Positions 55,017 to 64,000 of a stretch of 64,000 nt of DNA are shown here, in pieces. The position numbers and the translations under genes were made by a program. The first letter of the stretch is position 1, and every line of letters begins with the position of its first letter. The DNA lies in NCBI GenBank assembly GCA_965203905.1, contig CBDBDQ010000005.1, forward strand, positions 2,400,001 through 2,464,000, in the 5' to 3' direction. The stretch comes from Spirochaetia bacterium (lineage in GTDB: Bacteria > Spirochaetota > Spirochaetia > SZUA-6 > Bin103). The notes beneath the pieces were generated by a model. That model saw nothing but the letters and a program-made list of their open reading frames with translations, was not told the DNA's origin and made no database searches.

Positions 55017-55996
55017 CCGGCCACCGAGGCGGAAGCGGACGGCACCGCCTGCAGCTCGCCGGTTGGGGCGCCGCCGGCGTCCAAGATACCGGTCACGCGC
55101 TGCGCGCCGGCATAGATGTTGAAGCGGCCATCGCGCAAAAACCCCACCAGGGTGATGCCCAGTTCCGCGGCCAGGTCGCAGGCCAGGCTGGAGGGTGCCC
55201 CCACGGCGGCCAGGAAGCGGACCCCGGCGCAGGCGGCCTTCTGCACCAACTCGAAGCCGGTGCGGCCGCTGAACAGGATTACCGCGTCCTGCAGCGGCAG
55301 CCGTGCCTCCAGCACGGCACGGCCGATCAGCTTGTCCAGGGCGTTGTGGCGCCCGACGTCCTCGCGCAGCAGGCACAGCGTGCCGGCGGCATCGAACTGC
55401 GCGGCGGCGTGCAGCCCGCCGGTCTGGGCAAAGGTGCGCTGGTGCCGCCGCAGCTCGGCTGGCAGCCGGTGCAGGATCGGCGCCGCCACGGCGGGAGTGG
55501 CGGCACGCTCCGCGGTCTGCGCGACGGGTGCGGGGAGGGTCGCCAGGACATCGTCGATGGAGGCCTTGCCGCAGACGCCGCAGCTCGAGTTTGCCACCAG
55601 GCGGTTGTCCCGTGCGTCCACACCGCGTTCCGCGCCACCGCCGTGCCCGGCGCTAGCGTCCGACCCACCGGCCAGCGTAGCGCGTACCACGTTCCCTTCA
55701 CGCCCGCAGTGGCGCACGCCGACCAGCTCCTCGGGACGGCGATAGAATCCTTCGTTGAACAGGAACCCCGCCGTCAGCTCGTAGTCGTGCCCCGGCGTGC
55801 GCATGGTTACCGCCACGCTCCGTTCCTCGTCCGCTGCGGCGCCAGCCTCGCAGACGCGGATTTCCAGCGGCTCCTCCACCGTGAGCAGGTCGCTCCGGGC
55901 GCAGCCGGCGCTGCCGCGCACCCGCACCACGCTCACTTCGCGGGCCCGGTCGCCGGGGTTCGCACCTGCAGCCCCCGGGCCGCCGGCACCAATCAC
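55013..55996 (-). CDS. fdhD: Formate dehydrogenase accessory sulfurtransferase
   Basis: EEPLEI, TMRTPG, SSCGVCGK, TGGLHAA, EDVGRHNALDK; start uncertain. Confidence 0.95.
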   Translation of the reverse strand: MIGAGGPGAAGANPGDRAREVSVVRVRGSAGCARSDLLTVEEPLEIRVCEAGAAADEERSVAVTMRTPGHDYELTAGFLFNEGFYRRPEELVGVRHCGREGNVVRATLAGGSDASAGHGGGAERGVDARDNRLVANSSCGVCGKASIDDVLATLPAPVAQTAERAATPAVAAPILHRLPAELRRHQRTFAQTGGLHAAAQFDAAGTLCLLREDVGRHNALDKLIGRAVLEARLPLQDAVILFSGRTGFELVQKAACAGVRFLAAVGAPSSLACDLAAELGITLVGFLRDGRFNIYAGAQRVTGILDAGGAPTGELQAVPSASASVAG

Positions 55997-56188
55997 CCCG
56001 CAACCCCTCGCCGCACGTCCATCCCCCGATCATGGGGCGCCTAGGCCCGAACGTCAACAAGCCCGGAGCCAGCCGAGCCAGCCACACCCGACCGCACCTG
56101 CCACCGGACGGACTGCTGCATTCTGACGCGCGTGCTATCCTCTGTTACCGTTCTCATGATCGGTCGCGAAGCACAGCAGGAGCGTTAG

Positions 56189-57418
56189 ATGAGTCCCACA
56201 GCTTCAATACATCCCGCCCGCATTGAGCGTCTGCGCGTGCGAAACTTTCGCGCCCTGCACGACGTCGAATTCCAGAGCATGCGACCACTTACCGCACTAC
56301 TCGGCCCCAACGGAAGTGGCAAGTCCACGGTATTCGATGTTTTTGCTTTTCTCGCTGACTGCTTCGAATCCGGCCTGAGACGTGCGTGGGACCGGCGCGG
56401 ACGTGCCCGCGAGATCAAGTCACGCGGGTCGGACGGTCCGGTAACGATCGAGATCAAGTACCGCGAACGCCCGGGGCGTCCTTTGATTACCTACCATCTG
56501 GCGGTCGACGAGCAGGATGGCAGACCGAGGGTGAAAGAAGAGTGGTTGAGCTGGCGCCGTGGCCGATGGGGGAAACCATTTCGGTTTCTGGAGTACCGCG
56601 GCGGGATGGGCCGAGCGGTCAGTGGGGACGAGCCCGATGAGCAGGCCGAACGGATGGAGATACCCCTCAATGCGCCCGATCTTCTGGCCGTCAACGCTCT
56701 CGGCCAGTTCGCGGACCATCCACGTATCGCGGCCCTCCGTAGTTTCATTACCGGCTGGTACGTATCGTACCTGTCTGCGGACAGCGCGCGTGGACAACCC
56801 GAAGCGGGGCCGCAGGAACGGCTCAGCCGATCCGGAGACAACTTGGCCAACGTGATCCAGTATCTGGCCGAACAGCATCAGGATCGACTGGAGCAGATTT
56901 TCAGCGTTCTGCGCAACAGGGTGCCGCGTGTCGAGAGAGTGCTGGCCGACACCATGCCGGACGGCCGCCTGCTGCTGCAGATCAAGGACGCTCCGTTCAG
57001 CCATCCGGTGATGGCTCGCTTTGCCTCCGACGGGACGTTGAAGATGCTGGCGTACCTCGTCTTGCTGTACGACCCCGAGCCGCCACCTTTCATTGGAATC
57101 GAGGAGCCAGAGAATTTCCTCCATCCGCGACTGCTGCCGGAACTGGCCGAGGAGTGCCGGGCTGCGGCCGAGCGCACCCAACTGCTCGTCACAACACATT
57201 CGCCGTTTTTTCTCAACGGACTGAGACCTGACGAAGTGCGGATTCTGTGGCGCGACGAACAAGGGTACACGCATGGCGAGCGGGCCGCCGACCGCCGCGG
57301 GGTTTCCGAATTCACCACGGAAGGCGCCTTGCTGGGCGACCTCTGGATGGAGGGCCACCTCGGGGTGGGCGATCCGCTGGTAAACCAGGGAATCCCTTGG
57401 CCCGCCGATAGTCGATGA
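56189..57418 (+). CDS. AAA_21-type ABC ATPase (defence-associated)
   Basis: [35 protein letters not shown]. Confidence 0.92.
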   Translation: MSPTASIHPARIERLRVRNFRALHDVEFQSMRPLTALLGPNGSGKSTVFDVFAFLADCFESGLRRAWDRRGRAREIKSRGSDGPVTIEIKYRERPGRPLITYHLAVDEQDGRPRVKEEWLSWRRGRWGKPFRFLEYRGGMGRAVSGDEPDEQAERMEIPLNAPDLLAVNALGQFADHPRIAALRSFITGWYVSYLSADSARGQPEAGPQERLSRSGDNLANVIQYLAEQHQDRLEQIFSVLRNRVPRVERVLADTMPDGRLLLQIKDAPFSHPVMARFASDGTLKMLAYLVLLYDPEPPPFIGIEEPENFLHPRLLPELAEECRAAAERTQLLVTTHSPFFLNGLRPDEVRILWRDEQGYTHGERAADRRGVSEFTTEGALLGDLWMEGHLGVGDPLVNQGIPWPADSR

Positions 57419-57421
57419 CAG

Positions 57422-58040
57422 ATGCCGGCGCGACACCTGGAGTTTCTGATCGAAGAGCCCTCGATGGAGACTTTTTCTCAGTGCGCTGTTGCCGATCATT
57501 CTGCCGGGAGAGTGTACTTTCGCGTGCCACGTTTTTCCGTACAAGGCCAAACCGGCCGCAAAGCTGCGGGACCGACTGCGAGCGTACGCGCGCTGGTTGC
57601 CCCATGACTGGAGGCTCGTGCTTCTCGTCGATCGTGACCAAGCGGACTGTCACTGCCTGAAGCAGCAACTTGAAGACGTGGTTCGTGATGCCAACCTTCA
57701 GCTCCCATCGCCTGCTGGCGGCGTAGCTTGGCAGGTGGTAATCCGTATTGCCATTGAAGAATTGGAGGCATGGTACTTCGGGAGTTGGGACGCGGTGCGT
57801 GCGGCATACCCGAGAGTCCCCGCCACCGTGCCGCAGCGAGCACAATACCGCGACCCCGATGCGGTCTCCGGTGGCACGTGGGAAGCGTTCGAACGCATTC
57901 TTCAGCGCGTGGGTTACTTCTCTACGGGAATACGGAAGATAGAAGCGGCCCGAGCAATCGCTCCGCACCTGGATCCGCGGAAGAGCCGTTCCCGGAGCTT
58001 CGCGCGATTCCACGATGCCGTGTTGCAGGCTACGAACTGA
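57422..58040 (+). pseudogene. DUF4276 (TOPRIM-like) protein with a +1 frameshift
   Basis: LEFLIEEPSME, extra T in T5 run 57472-57476, then LLP..LVDRD..EELEAWY..SRSF; the indel could be a sequencing error. Confidence 0.78.
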
Positions 58041-58044
58041 TCAG

Positions 58045-58542
58045 CTAACAACGGACGGCGCCCGGCACCGCGGCGAGGCCGAGCCGCAGGGCTATCAGGT
58101 CTCCTACATTCTCCAGGAACAGCTCGTCCTCGGGCTGGAATGGCGCGGGCCGGTCGGAGTCGACCGCCAAAAGACCGATCAGGCTGCCGGCGGAGCGCAG
58201 TGGCACGGCGACCTGGGACGCCACCCAGCGGCGGGAGCCGCCCTCGGCCCCGGCGAGGTTCTGTGCGACGGCGGTCTCGCCGGCGTCGGCGGCTCGGCCC
58301 CACAGCCCCTCGCCGTAGGTCACCGCGGACGGGTAGGGACGGCGGCCCGCGGCCGCCACCAGCGTCAACTCGCCGGGACGGTCGTGCAGCGCGGCGTAGA
58401 GGCATATCGTCGCGTAGTGGGCAACGTGGTCGCAGAGGTGCCGGCAGAGCTGCTGCAGGCGCTGCGGCAGCGGCGACGGCTGCTCCAGGATCTCCTCCAC
58501 CGTGGCGTACTGCGCGCCGAGCTCCGCGGCGCGACCCGTCAT
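58045..58542 (-). CDS. Stand-alone GAF domain protein (fRMsr/MsrC-like fold)
   Basis: [27 protein letters not shown]; start overlaps the OYE stop. Confidence 0.8.
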   Translation of the reverse strand: MTGRAAELGAQYATVEEILEQPSPLPQRLQQLCRHLCDHVAHYATICLYAALHDRPGELTLVAAAGRRPYPSAVTYGEGLWGRAADAGETAVAQNLAGAEGGSRRWVASQVAVPLRSAGSLIGLLAVDSDRPAPFQPEDELFLENVGDLIALRLGLAAVPGAVRC

Positions 58543-59981
58543 TCCCCCGCCGCCTTGAGCCGCTTCAGCTGCGCGGCCTCGGCGCGTGCCTTGTAGAACG
58601 GGTCGAGCGGGAAGCAGCCCGAGATCAGGCCGTTGCGGGGCGCCGTGGTGCAGTCGCTGAAGGTGCGGCAGATGCGCTTGCGTTCCAGGGCCCGGCCGGC
58701 CAGCAGGTCCGCCGGCAGGTGCGGATAGGAGAGCGCCATGCGGCCGATGCCCACGAAATCGACGCCGCCGCGGGCGACGCCGGCGCTGGCGACGTGGGGC
58801 AGCCACTCCTGGAGGTAGCTGTAGCCGCTGCCCACCACGATCATCTCCGGGAAGTGCTGCTTGATCTGGCGCACCACCTCGATCTGCCGCGCCACGCCGA
58901 CCAGCGGATCTTCCGGCGGCTGGTAGCCGTCGGAGGGTGGGAACAGCGCCGGGCGCTGGATGTGGGGGTTGTAGTAGGGGCTGCCGGCCGTCACGTTGAG
59001 CAGGAAGATGCCCAGCTCCTGCAGCAGGGCGACGAAGCGCAGCGGCTCGGTGAGGTCATACGCCGTCGGGTCGTGGCCGGCGGCGCCGAAGCCATGCCGA
59101 TAGCGGGAAGCGACCGGTGACGGAATGCCGACCCTGGTTTCGGCCTGTGGCTCGAAGGGGATCAGGTCGAAGGCGCTGAGCCGGACCCCGATCAGCAGCT
59201 CGGGGACCCGCCGCCGGAGCCCGGCAACCACCTCGCGCAGAAAGCGGGTACGATTCTCGAAGCTGCCGCCATAGCGGCCGGGACGATCCACGGCGCTGAG
59301 AAACTCGTGCCCCAGGTAGCCGTGGCAGTGCTTCACGTCCAGGAACGCGAAGCCCGCCTGCCACGCCAGCACCCCGGCCGCGATGAAGCGTTCGATGAGC
59401 GCCTCCACCTCGTCGTCGGAGGCGGGCCGGTGCTCGGCGCCGATGCCGAATTTGCGATCCAGCAGGGCGTGCGGGTACAGCGTCACGGGCTCGGTGACCT
59501 GCTTGGAGTTGGGACGGCAGAAGCGGCCGGAATGGGTAAGCTGCAGCCCCACCAGCAGGTCAGCGGCATGCCCGTACCGTTCCTCGTGCGCTGCCACCAG
59601 CTCCGCGCGCAGCGCCGCCAGCGCCGCGGCGGTATCCTCCTCCAGGCGCAGCTGGTTGGGATTGGCGCGTCCGGCATGCTGAATCGCCGTCGCCTCGCCG
59701 CCCCAGATCAGCTTGGCGCCACTGGTTCCGAAGGCACGCCAGCGACGCCGCACCAGCTCGGTCGGGGTGCCGTCCGCCGCCGCGTCCCATCCTTCCATCG
59801 GCTGAATGCAGAAGCGGTTGCCGACCGTGCGTCCATCGGGCAGGCGCAACGGTGCGGCGAGGGGCGCCATGGCGGGACCCTCGTCGAAGACAATCTGATC
59901 CGCTATGCCGAGCGTATGGAGGTAGTCGCGAAAGGCGGCCGGCGTCTTGAGAGCGGCTACGCGCCGGTAGGCGGGGGCCAC
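58539..59981 (-). CDS. NADH:flavin oxidoreductase (old yellow enzyme family)
   Basis: [37 protein letters not shown]. Confidence 0.92.
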   Translation of the reverse strand: MAPAYRRVAALKTPAAFRDYLHTLGIADQIVFDEGPAMAPLAAPLRLPDGRTVGNRFCIQPMEGWDAAADGTPTELVRRRWRAFGTSGAKLIWGGEATAIQHAGRANPNQLRLEEDTAAALAALRAELVAAHEERYGHAADLLVGLQLTHSGRFCRPNSKQVTEPVTLYPHALLDRKFGIGAEHRPASDDEVEALIERFIAAGVLAWQAGFAFLDVKHCHGYLGHEFLSAVDRPGRYGGSFENRTRFLREVVAGLRRRVPELLIGVRLSAFDLIPFEPQAETRVGIPSPVASRYRHGFGAAGHDPTAYDLTEPLRFVALLQELGIFLLNVTAGSPYYNPHIQRPALFPPSDGYQPPEDPLVGVARQIEVVRQIKQHFPEMIVVGSGYSYLQEWLPHVASAGVARGGVDFVGIGRMALSYPHLPADLLAGRALERKRICRTFSDCTTAPRNGLISGCFPLDPFYKARAEAAQLKRLKAAGE

Positions 59982-59985
59982 CCCG

Positions 59986-60966
59986 CTACCAGCGCACCAG
60001 GTTTCCGCCGAACGTGAGGCCGGCGCCGAAACCGGCGGTCACGATCAGGTCGCCGCGCTCCAGCAGGCCCTGCTCCACCAGGTCGTTCAGCGCTATCGGA
60101 ATGGTGGCGGCGGAGGTGTTGGCATACTCGGCGATGTTCACGTAGAGCTTCTCGCGGGGTATGCGGCCGCGCTTGGCGGCGGCCTCGATGATGCGTTCGT
60201 TGGCCTGGTGCGGCACGATGAACTTGACGTCGTCGATGGTGAGGTGATTGCGCTCCAGGATGGTGGTGACGGTGTCGACGATTACCTGGACCGCGAAGTT
60301 GTAGACCAGGCGTCCCTCCATCTTGATGAGCAGCTCCCGGTAGCTGGTCTTGCCGGGCTCGTAGGGGGTACGCGTGCCTCCCGCCTCTCGGGCCAGGGCC
60401 ATCGCCCCCGAACCGTCGGAGCGCAGGAACGAATCGAGGATCCCATGCCCGTTGTTGGAGTGGGACACCACGGCGGCCCCGGCGCCGTCACCGAACAGCA
60501 CGCAGGTGTTGCGGTCCTTCCAGTCCATGATGCGCGTCAGCACCTCACTGCCCACCACCAGGACGTGCTGCACCGTTCCGGAGGCGATCAACCCCTTGGC
60601 CGTCTCCAGGCCATACACGAAGCCGGTACAGCCGACCAGCAGGTCCATGGCCGCGCAGTTGCTGGCGCCCAGCTTGTCCTGGATGATGCAGGCGGTCGAC
60701 GGGAAGCCGACGTGGTCGCCGGAAGCGGTCGCAACCAGCACCATCCCCAGGTCGTCGGGCTCGATCCGGGCCCGCTCCAGGGCCTGCATCGCGGCGCGGT
60801 ATCCGAGGTCGGATGGTGCCTCGTCGGGGTCGGCTATGTGGCGAAACTTGATCCCGGTGTGTGATTGGATCCACTCGTCGGAGGTGTCGAGGAACGCCTC
60901 GAATTCGTGATTAGACATCCGCCGCTCGGGCACGTAGGCGCCCGTCGACCGAATCTCTGCTCCCAT
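59986..60966 (-). CDS. fabH: Beta-ketoacyl-ACP synthase III
   Basis: DTSDEWI, catalytic C (GCTGF), H (PHQAN), N (NTSAA), FGDGAGA. Confidence 0.96.
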   Translation of the reverse strand: MGAEIRSTGAYVPERRMSNHEFEAFLDTSDEWIQSHTGIKFRHIADPDEAPSDLGYRAAMQALERARIEPDDLGMVLVATASGDHVGFPSTACIIQDKLGASNCAAMDLLVGCTGFVYGLETAKGLIASGTVQHVLVVGSEVLTRIMDWKDRNTCVLFGDGAGAAVVSHSNNGHGILDSFLRSDGSGAMALAREAGGTRTPYEPGKTSYRELLIKMEGRLVYNFAVQVIVDTVTTILERNHLTIDDVKFIVPHQANERIIEAAAKRGRIPREKLYVNIAEYANTSAATIPIALNDLVEQGLLERGDLIVTAGFGAGLTFGGNLVRW

Positions 60967-61069
60967 CAGCTCCCCCTGGGAACGTTAATGCTGGAGTATC
61001 TCAAACCGGTATAACACGTCGGTCAGTTCCCCGTAGTGTACGTCCGGAGGACGCGTCGGTCAACCTTGC

Positions 61070-61102
61070 CCTGGCCGCAACCTGGCCGCAACCTGGCCGC
61101 AA
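61070..61102 (+). repeat. 11-bp tandem repeat x3 (CCTGGCCGCAA)
   Basis: Exact copies at 61070, 61081 and 61092, intergenic upstream of fabH. Confidence 0.85.
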
Positions 61103-61128
61103 CCGGCCACGGCCGGCGGCTCCGTTTG

Positions 61129-62328
61129 CTACTGCCACCCCGGCCCCGGTGGCGGTCCGGCAAGCAGGGTCGTGCCCTGGTAAAACACCGCCGGACAGCC
61201 GGCGGCACGGATCCCCCGCTCGAGGCGGTGGGTCACCTGCGGCGGCCAGTCGCTGCCGCGCAGCACGGGCATCACCCGCTGCGGCGGACACGCGCTCAGC
61301 ACCTCGTCGAGCAGGGCGCCGACCACCTGCTCGATGGTCGCGGCGGCGCCCTCGCCCTTCATCTCCGTTTCGCTGCACGGCAGCCGGCGCGGGTCGAGGC
61401 CGAACAGCCGCCACACACCGGCCAGGGCATCCGCCTCGCTCAGTCGGCCGCTGCAGCGGCGCACCAGACGCGCCCAGGCCGCGCCGCACTGGAACACGTG
61501 CCAGTTCATGTATCCGAGCAACGGTTGCACGAAGTCCGCCTGGCGCGCGAGGGCGCCGTAGTGCTGCCCGCTCAAGGCGGCGGCGTGCGGGCCAATCGCG
61601 TTGCTCCCGGCGATCAGGCGATCGCCTCCGGCCCGGCGTGCGGCGGCGAGGAGCTGCGTCGCCGCCGCCTGCAGACGCGTCGCGCGCTGCGCAAACCAGG
61701 ATCCGAACGGCGCCGCGGCGCCGCCCGCGGCTGCGCGGCGCCGGGCAAGATGATCCAGCGCCCCGATCAGGTCGTGGCGGGCGCTCAGCTCCGCGAACTG
61801 CGCCGGAGTGATGCCGTCGAGTCCGGCAACGACCCGTTCCCAGTCCGTTGCAGGCGGCGGCGCCGGCCAACCGGGGGCACTCTCGAACAGGGCACCGATA
61901 GCGGCCGGATGGCGAAACCGGGCGTGGGTCAGGCAGATTGCGTGCGGGCGCCAGCGCCTGCCGAGTTGTTCCAGGTTGGCACCGATGGCCGCGTCGGCAC
62001 GGCCCCCGGGGACCCACATCGGCCACTGCTGCTCGTGCGCCGGATAGTCTCCCAGCAGGTCTCGGCGCGCCAGTGACTGCCACTCCCCGGACAAGGCCAT
62101 GGTTTCGCCGCCGGTGATCCCATGCCCCCACCAGGTGCCGGCCAGCAGCCACACCACGACGCCGAGCCGGTCGGCCACGGCGACCGCCCGCTCCAGGTCC
62201 GCCGCCGAGCGCTCCGGATTGAACCCGGTGCGCAGCAGGAATATCGAGACCCCGGCCGCGGCCAACTCGGCGGCGTACGTGGGGTCGCTGGCCACCGCAG
62301 ACGGTTCTACGTACACCCCACGCGTCAT
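61129..62328 (-). CDS. Hypothetical protein, possible TIM-barrel (glycoside hydrolase-like) fold
   Basis: 399 aa ORF with GAGG RBS and TAAGAT -10; alternating beta/alpha pattern; no diagnostic motif recognised. Confidence 0.65.
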   Translation of the reverse strand: MTRGVYVEPSAVASDPTYAAELAAAGVSIFLLRTGFNPERSAADLERAVAVADRLGVVVWLLAGTWWGHGITGGETMALSGEWQSLARRDLLGDYPAHEQQWPMWVPGGRADAAIGANLEQLGRRWRPHAICLTHARFRHPAAIGALFESAPGWPAPPPATDWERVVAGLDGITPAQFAELSARHDLIGALDHLARRRAAAGGAAAPFGSWFAQRATRLQAAATQLLAAARRAGGDRLIAGSNAIGPHAAALSGQHYGALARQADFVQPLLGYMNWHVFQCGAAWARLVRRCSGRLSEADALAGVWRLFGLDPRRLPCSETEMKGEGAAATIEQVVGALLDEVLSACPPQRVMPVLRGSDWPPQVTHRLERGIRAAGCPAVFYQGTTLLAGPPPGPGWQ

Positions 62329-62484
62329 GGCCGTGCCTCGCTCCCCATCTTAACCGCCTGCCGTGGTTGACGCCACGGGGCCGTCGTGGTACGTTCCGCG
62401 CCAGCTTCCGGGCAGGTTCGATTGCACGGATCGGACCCGCGTCGGCGCTGTTCCATCCAGGCAGCGCTGGGAGCCGCCTACCGT

Positions 62485-63420
62485 ATGAAGACCTGTTTTT
62501 TGTTCCCTGGACAAGGAGCCCAGTATCCCGGCATGGGCAAGGACCTGTGGGACGCCAGCGCCAGCGTCAAGGAGTTGTTCCGCGGCGCCTCAAAGGTCAC
62601 CGGACTCGATCTCGAGGAGCTCCTGTTCCGTGGCAGCGCGGAGGATCTGCAGGCCACCAATCGCACCCAGATCGCGGTTACCCTGGTGAATGTCGCCGTG
62701 GCGCGGGTGCTGGCCGAGCGCGGCGTCGCGGCACACGGCTACGCCGGGTTCAGCGTCGGCGAGTACGCCGCCCTGGCGGCCGCCGGAGTGATCGCCGACG
62801 AGGACCTGTTTCGTATCGTGCAGGCACGTGGCGAGTTGATGGAGCAGGCCAGCCGCGGCGCCGACACCGCCGGCGGGGCGGCCGGCATGGCCGCCGTGAT
62901 CGGACTGGCACCGGAGGCGCTTACCGCGGCCCTGGAGGGCGCCGGTGAGGGCGTCTACGCGGCCAACTTCTCCAGCCCGCGCCAGGTGGTGCTGGCCGGC
63001 ACCGTGGAGGGCCTGGCGCGTGCCGAGGAGGCATGCTCGGCGGCGGGTGCGCGCCGCTTCGTGCGGCTGCGGGTCTCCGGACCGTTTCATTCGCCGCTGA
63101 TCGAGGGCGCGCGGCAGCGGTTCGCCGAGGTGGTGGCCGATTTCGAGTTCTACGATCCGGTCACCCCGGTGTACGCCAACGTGACCGGAACCAGGGTGAC
63201 CAGCGGTGCGGAGGCGCAACGGCTGTGTGTCGAACAGATCGTTTCCAGCGTGCAGTGGGTGACGGAGATCCAGGCGCTGGAGGACGCCGGCTACGAGCGG
63301 TTCCTGGAGACCGGTCCCGGCTCCGTGCTGACCGGGCTGATGCGCGGCTTCGACACCGATGTCGGCTGTACCCCGGTAGGGACGGTCGAGCAGGTCGAGT
63401 CGGTGGCGGGTGCGGGGTGA
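62485..63420 (+). CDS. fabD: Malonyl-CoA:ACP transacylase
   Basis: FPGQGAQ, GFSVGE, VSGPFHS, ETGPG. Confidence 0.96.
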   Translation: MKTCFLFPGQGAQYPGMGKDLWDASASVKELFRGASKVTGLDLEELLFRGSAEDLQATNRTQIAVTLVNVAVARVLAERGVAAHGYAGFSVGEYAALAAAGVIADEDLFRIVQARGELMEQASRGADTAGGAAGMAAVIGLAPEALTAALEGAGEGVYAANFSSPRQVVLAGTVEGLARAEEACSAAGARRFVRLRVSGPFHSPLIEGARQRFAEVVADFEFYDPVTPVYANVTGTRVTSGAEAQRLCVEQIVSSVQWVTEIQALEDAGYERFLETGPGSVLTGLMRGFDTDVGCTPVGTVEQVESVAGAG

Positions 63421-63424
63421 GTTG

Positions 63425-64000
63425 ATGGGGGGAGAGTTGCACGGCAAGGTTGCCATCGTCACCGGCGGCTCCCGCGGCATCGGCGCCGCGGTGGTGGCAA
63501 CGTTGCTGCGCGAGGGAGCCGTCGTGCACTACCTGTCGCGGTCGGCGGCCGCCGATCACGCCGGGTTGGAGCAACGGGCCGCGGCCAAGGACACCGCGGT
63601 GCACTGGCGGCAGACCGACGTGACCGACGAGGCGGCCATCGTGGCCGCCGTGAACGGCGTTCTGGACGCCCATGGCGGGGTCGACGTGCTGGTCAACAAT
63701 GCCGGCATCACCCGCGATGGACTGGTCATGCGGATGAAGCGCGAGACCTGGGACGCCGTGCTGCAATCCAACCTGACCTCCACTTTCGTCGCTTCGCGTG
63801 AAGTGGCGCGGGCCATGCTGCGGGCGCGGTCCGGTGCGATCGTCAACGTCTCTTCGGTCAGCGGGCTGCGCGGCAACCCCGGGCAGACCAACTACGCCGC
63901 GTCCAAGGCCGGCATCATCGGCCTTTCGAAGAGCCTGGCGCGGGAGGTCGCGGGCCGCGGCGTGCGCGTCAACGTCGTGGCGCCGGGATACATCGACACC
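63425..64000 (+). CDS. fabG: 3-oxoacyl-ACP reductase (partial, runs off the window)
   Basis: TGGSRGIG, NNAGITRDG, NVSS, GQTNYAASK, NVVAPG; follows fabD. Confidence 0.94.
   Translation, partial: MGGELHGKVAIVTGGSRGIGAAVVATLLREGAVVHYLSRSAAADHAGLEQRAAAKDTAVHWRQTDVTDEAAIVAAVNGVLDAHGGVDVLVNNAGITRDGLVMRMKRETWDAVLQSNLTSTFVASREVARAMLRARSGAIVNVSSVSGLRGNPGQTNYAASKAGIIGLSKSLAREVAGRGVRVNVVAPGYIDT

Overview
This is a high-GC bacterial chromosomal segment. A spirochaete or host-associated lineage is a weak inference from the solute-binding-protein signal peptide and the sulfatase/sialidase content. Intact metabolic genes include a carbohydrate ABC transporter, sulfatase, BNR glycosidase, gap, glpK-glpD, pyrE, murB, ppgK-tal-GH133-GH63, katG, a split selenocysteine formate dehydrogenase with NuoEF and FdhD, and fabH/fabD/fabG. 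These are interrupted by small, mostly lower-GC defence or toxin-antitoxin cassettes. In six cassettes (PtuA-like/HNH, DUF433/DUF5615, DarTG, AbiE, HD/YwgA-like, AAA/DUF4276) the toxin or effector is broken while its partner ORF is intact. The most unusual unannotated signal is at 22.4-22.8 kb: two tandem, structured, minus-strand sRNA-like units. Each ends in a near-identical terminator hairpin whose loop displays an anti-Shine-Dalgarno sequence, and each sits behind a different alternative-sigma-like promoter. Also notable are an NDH-2 fused to a membrane repeat shared with its downstream partner, an AbiEii-WYL-Zn-finger fusion, and several apparently leaderless genes. I found no rRNA, tRNA, CRISPR array, integrase or transposase. 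All family calls come from motif recognition by eye, not database searches.
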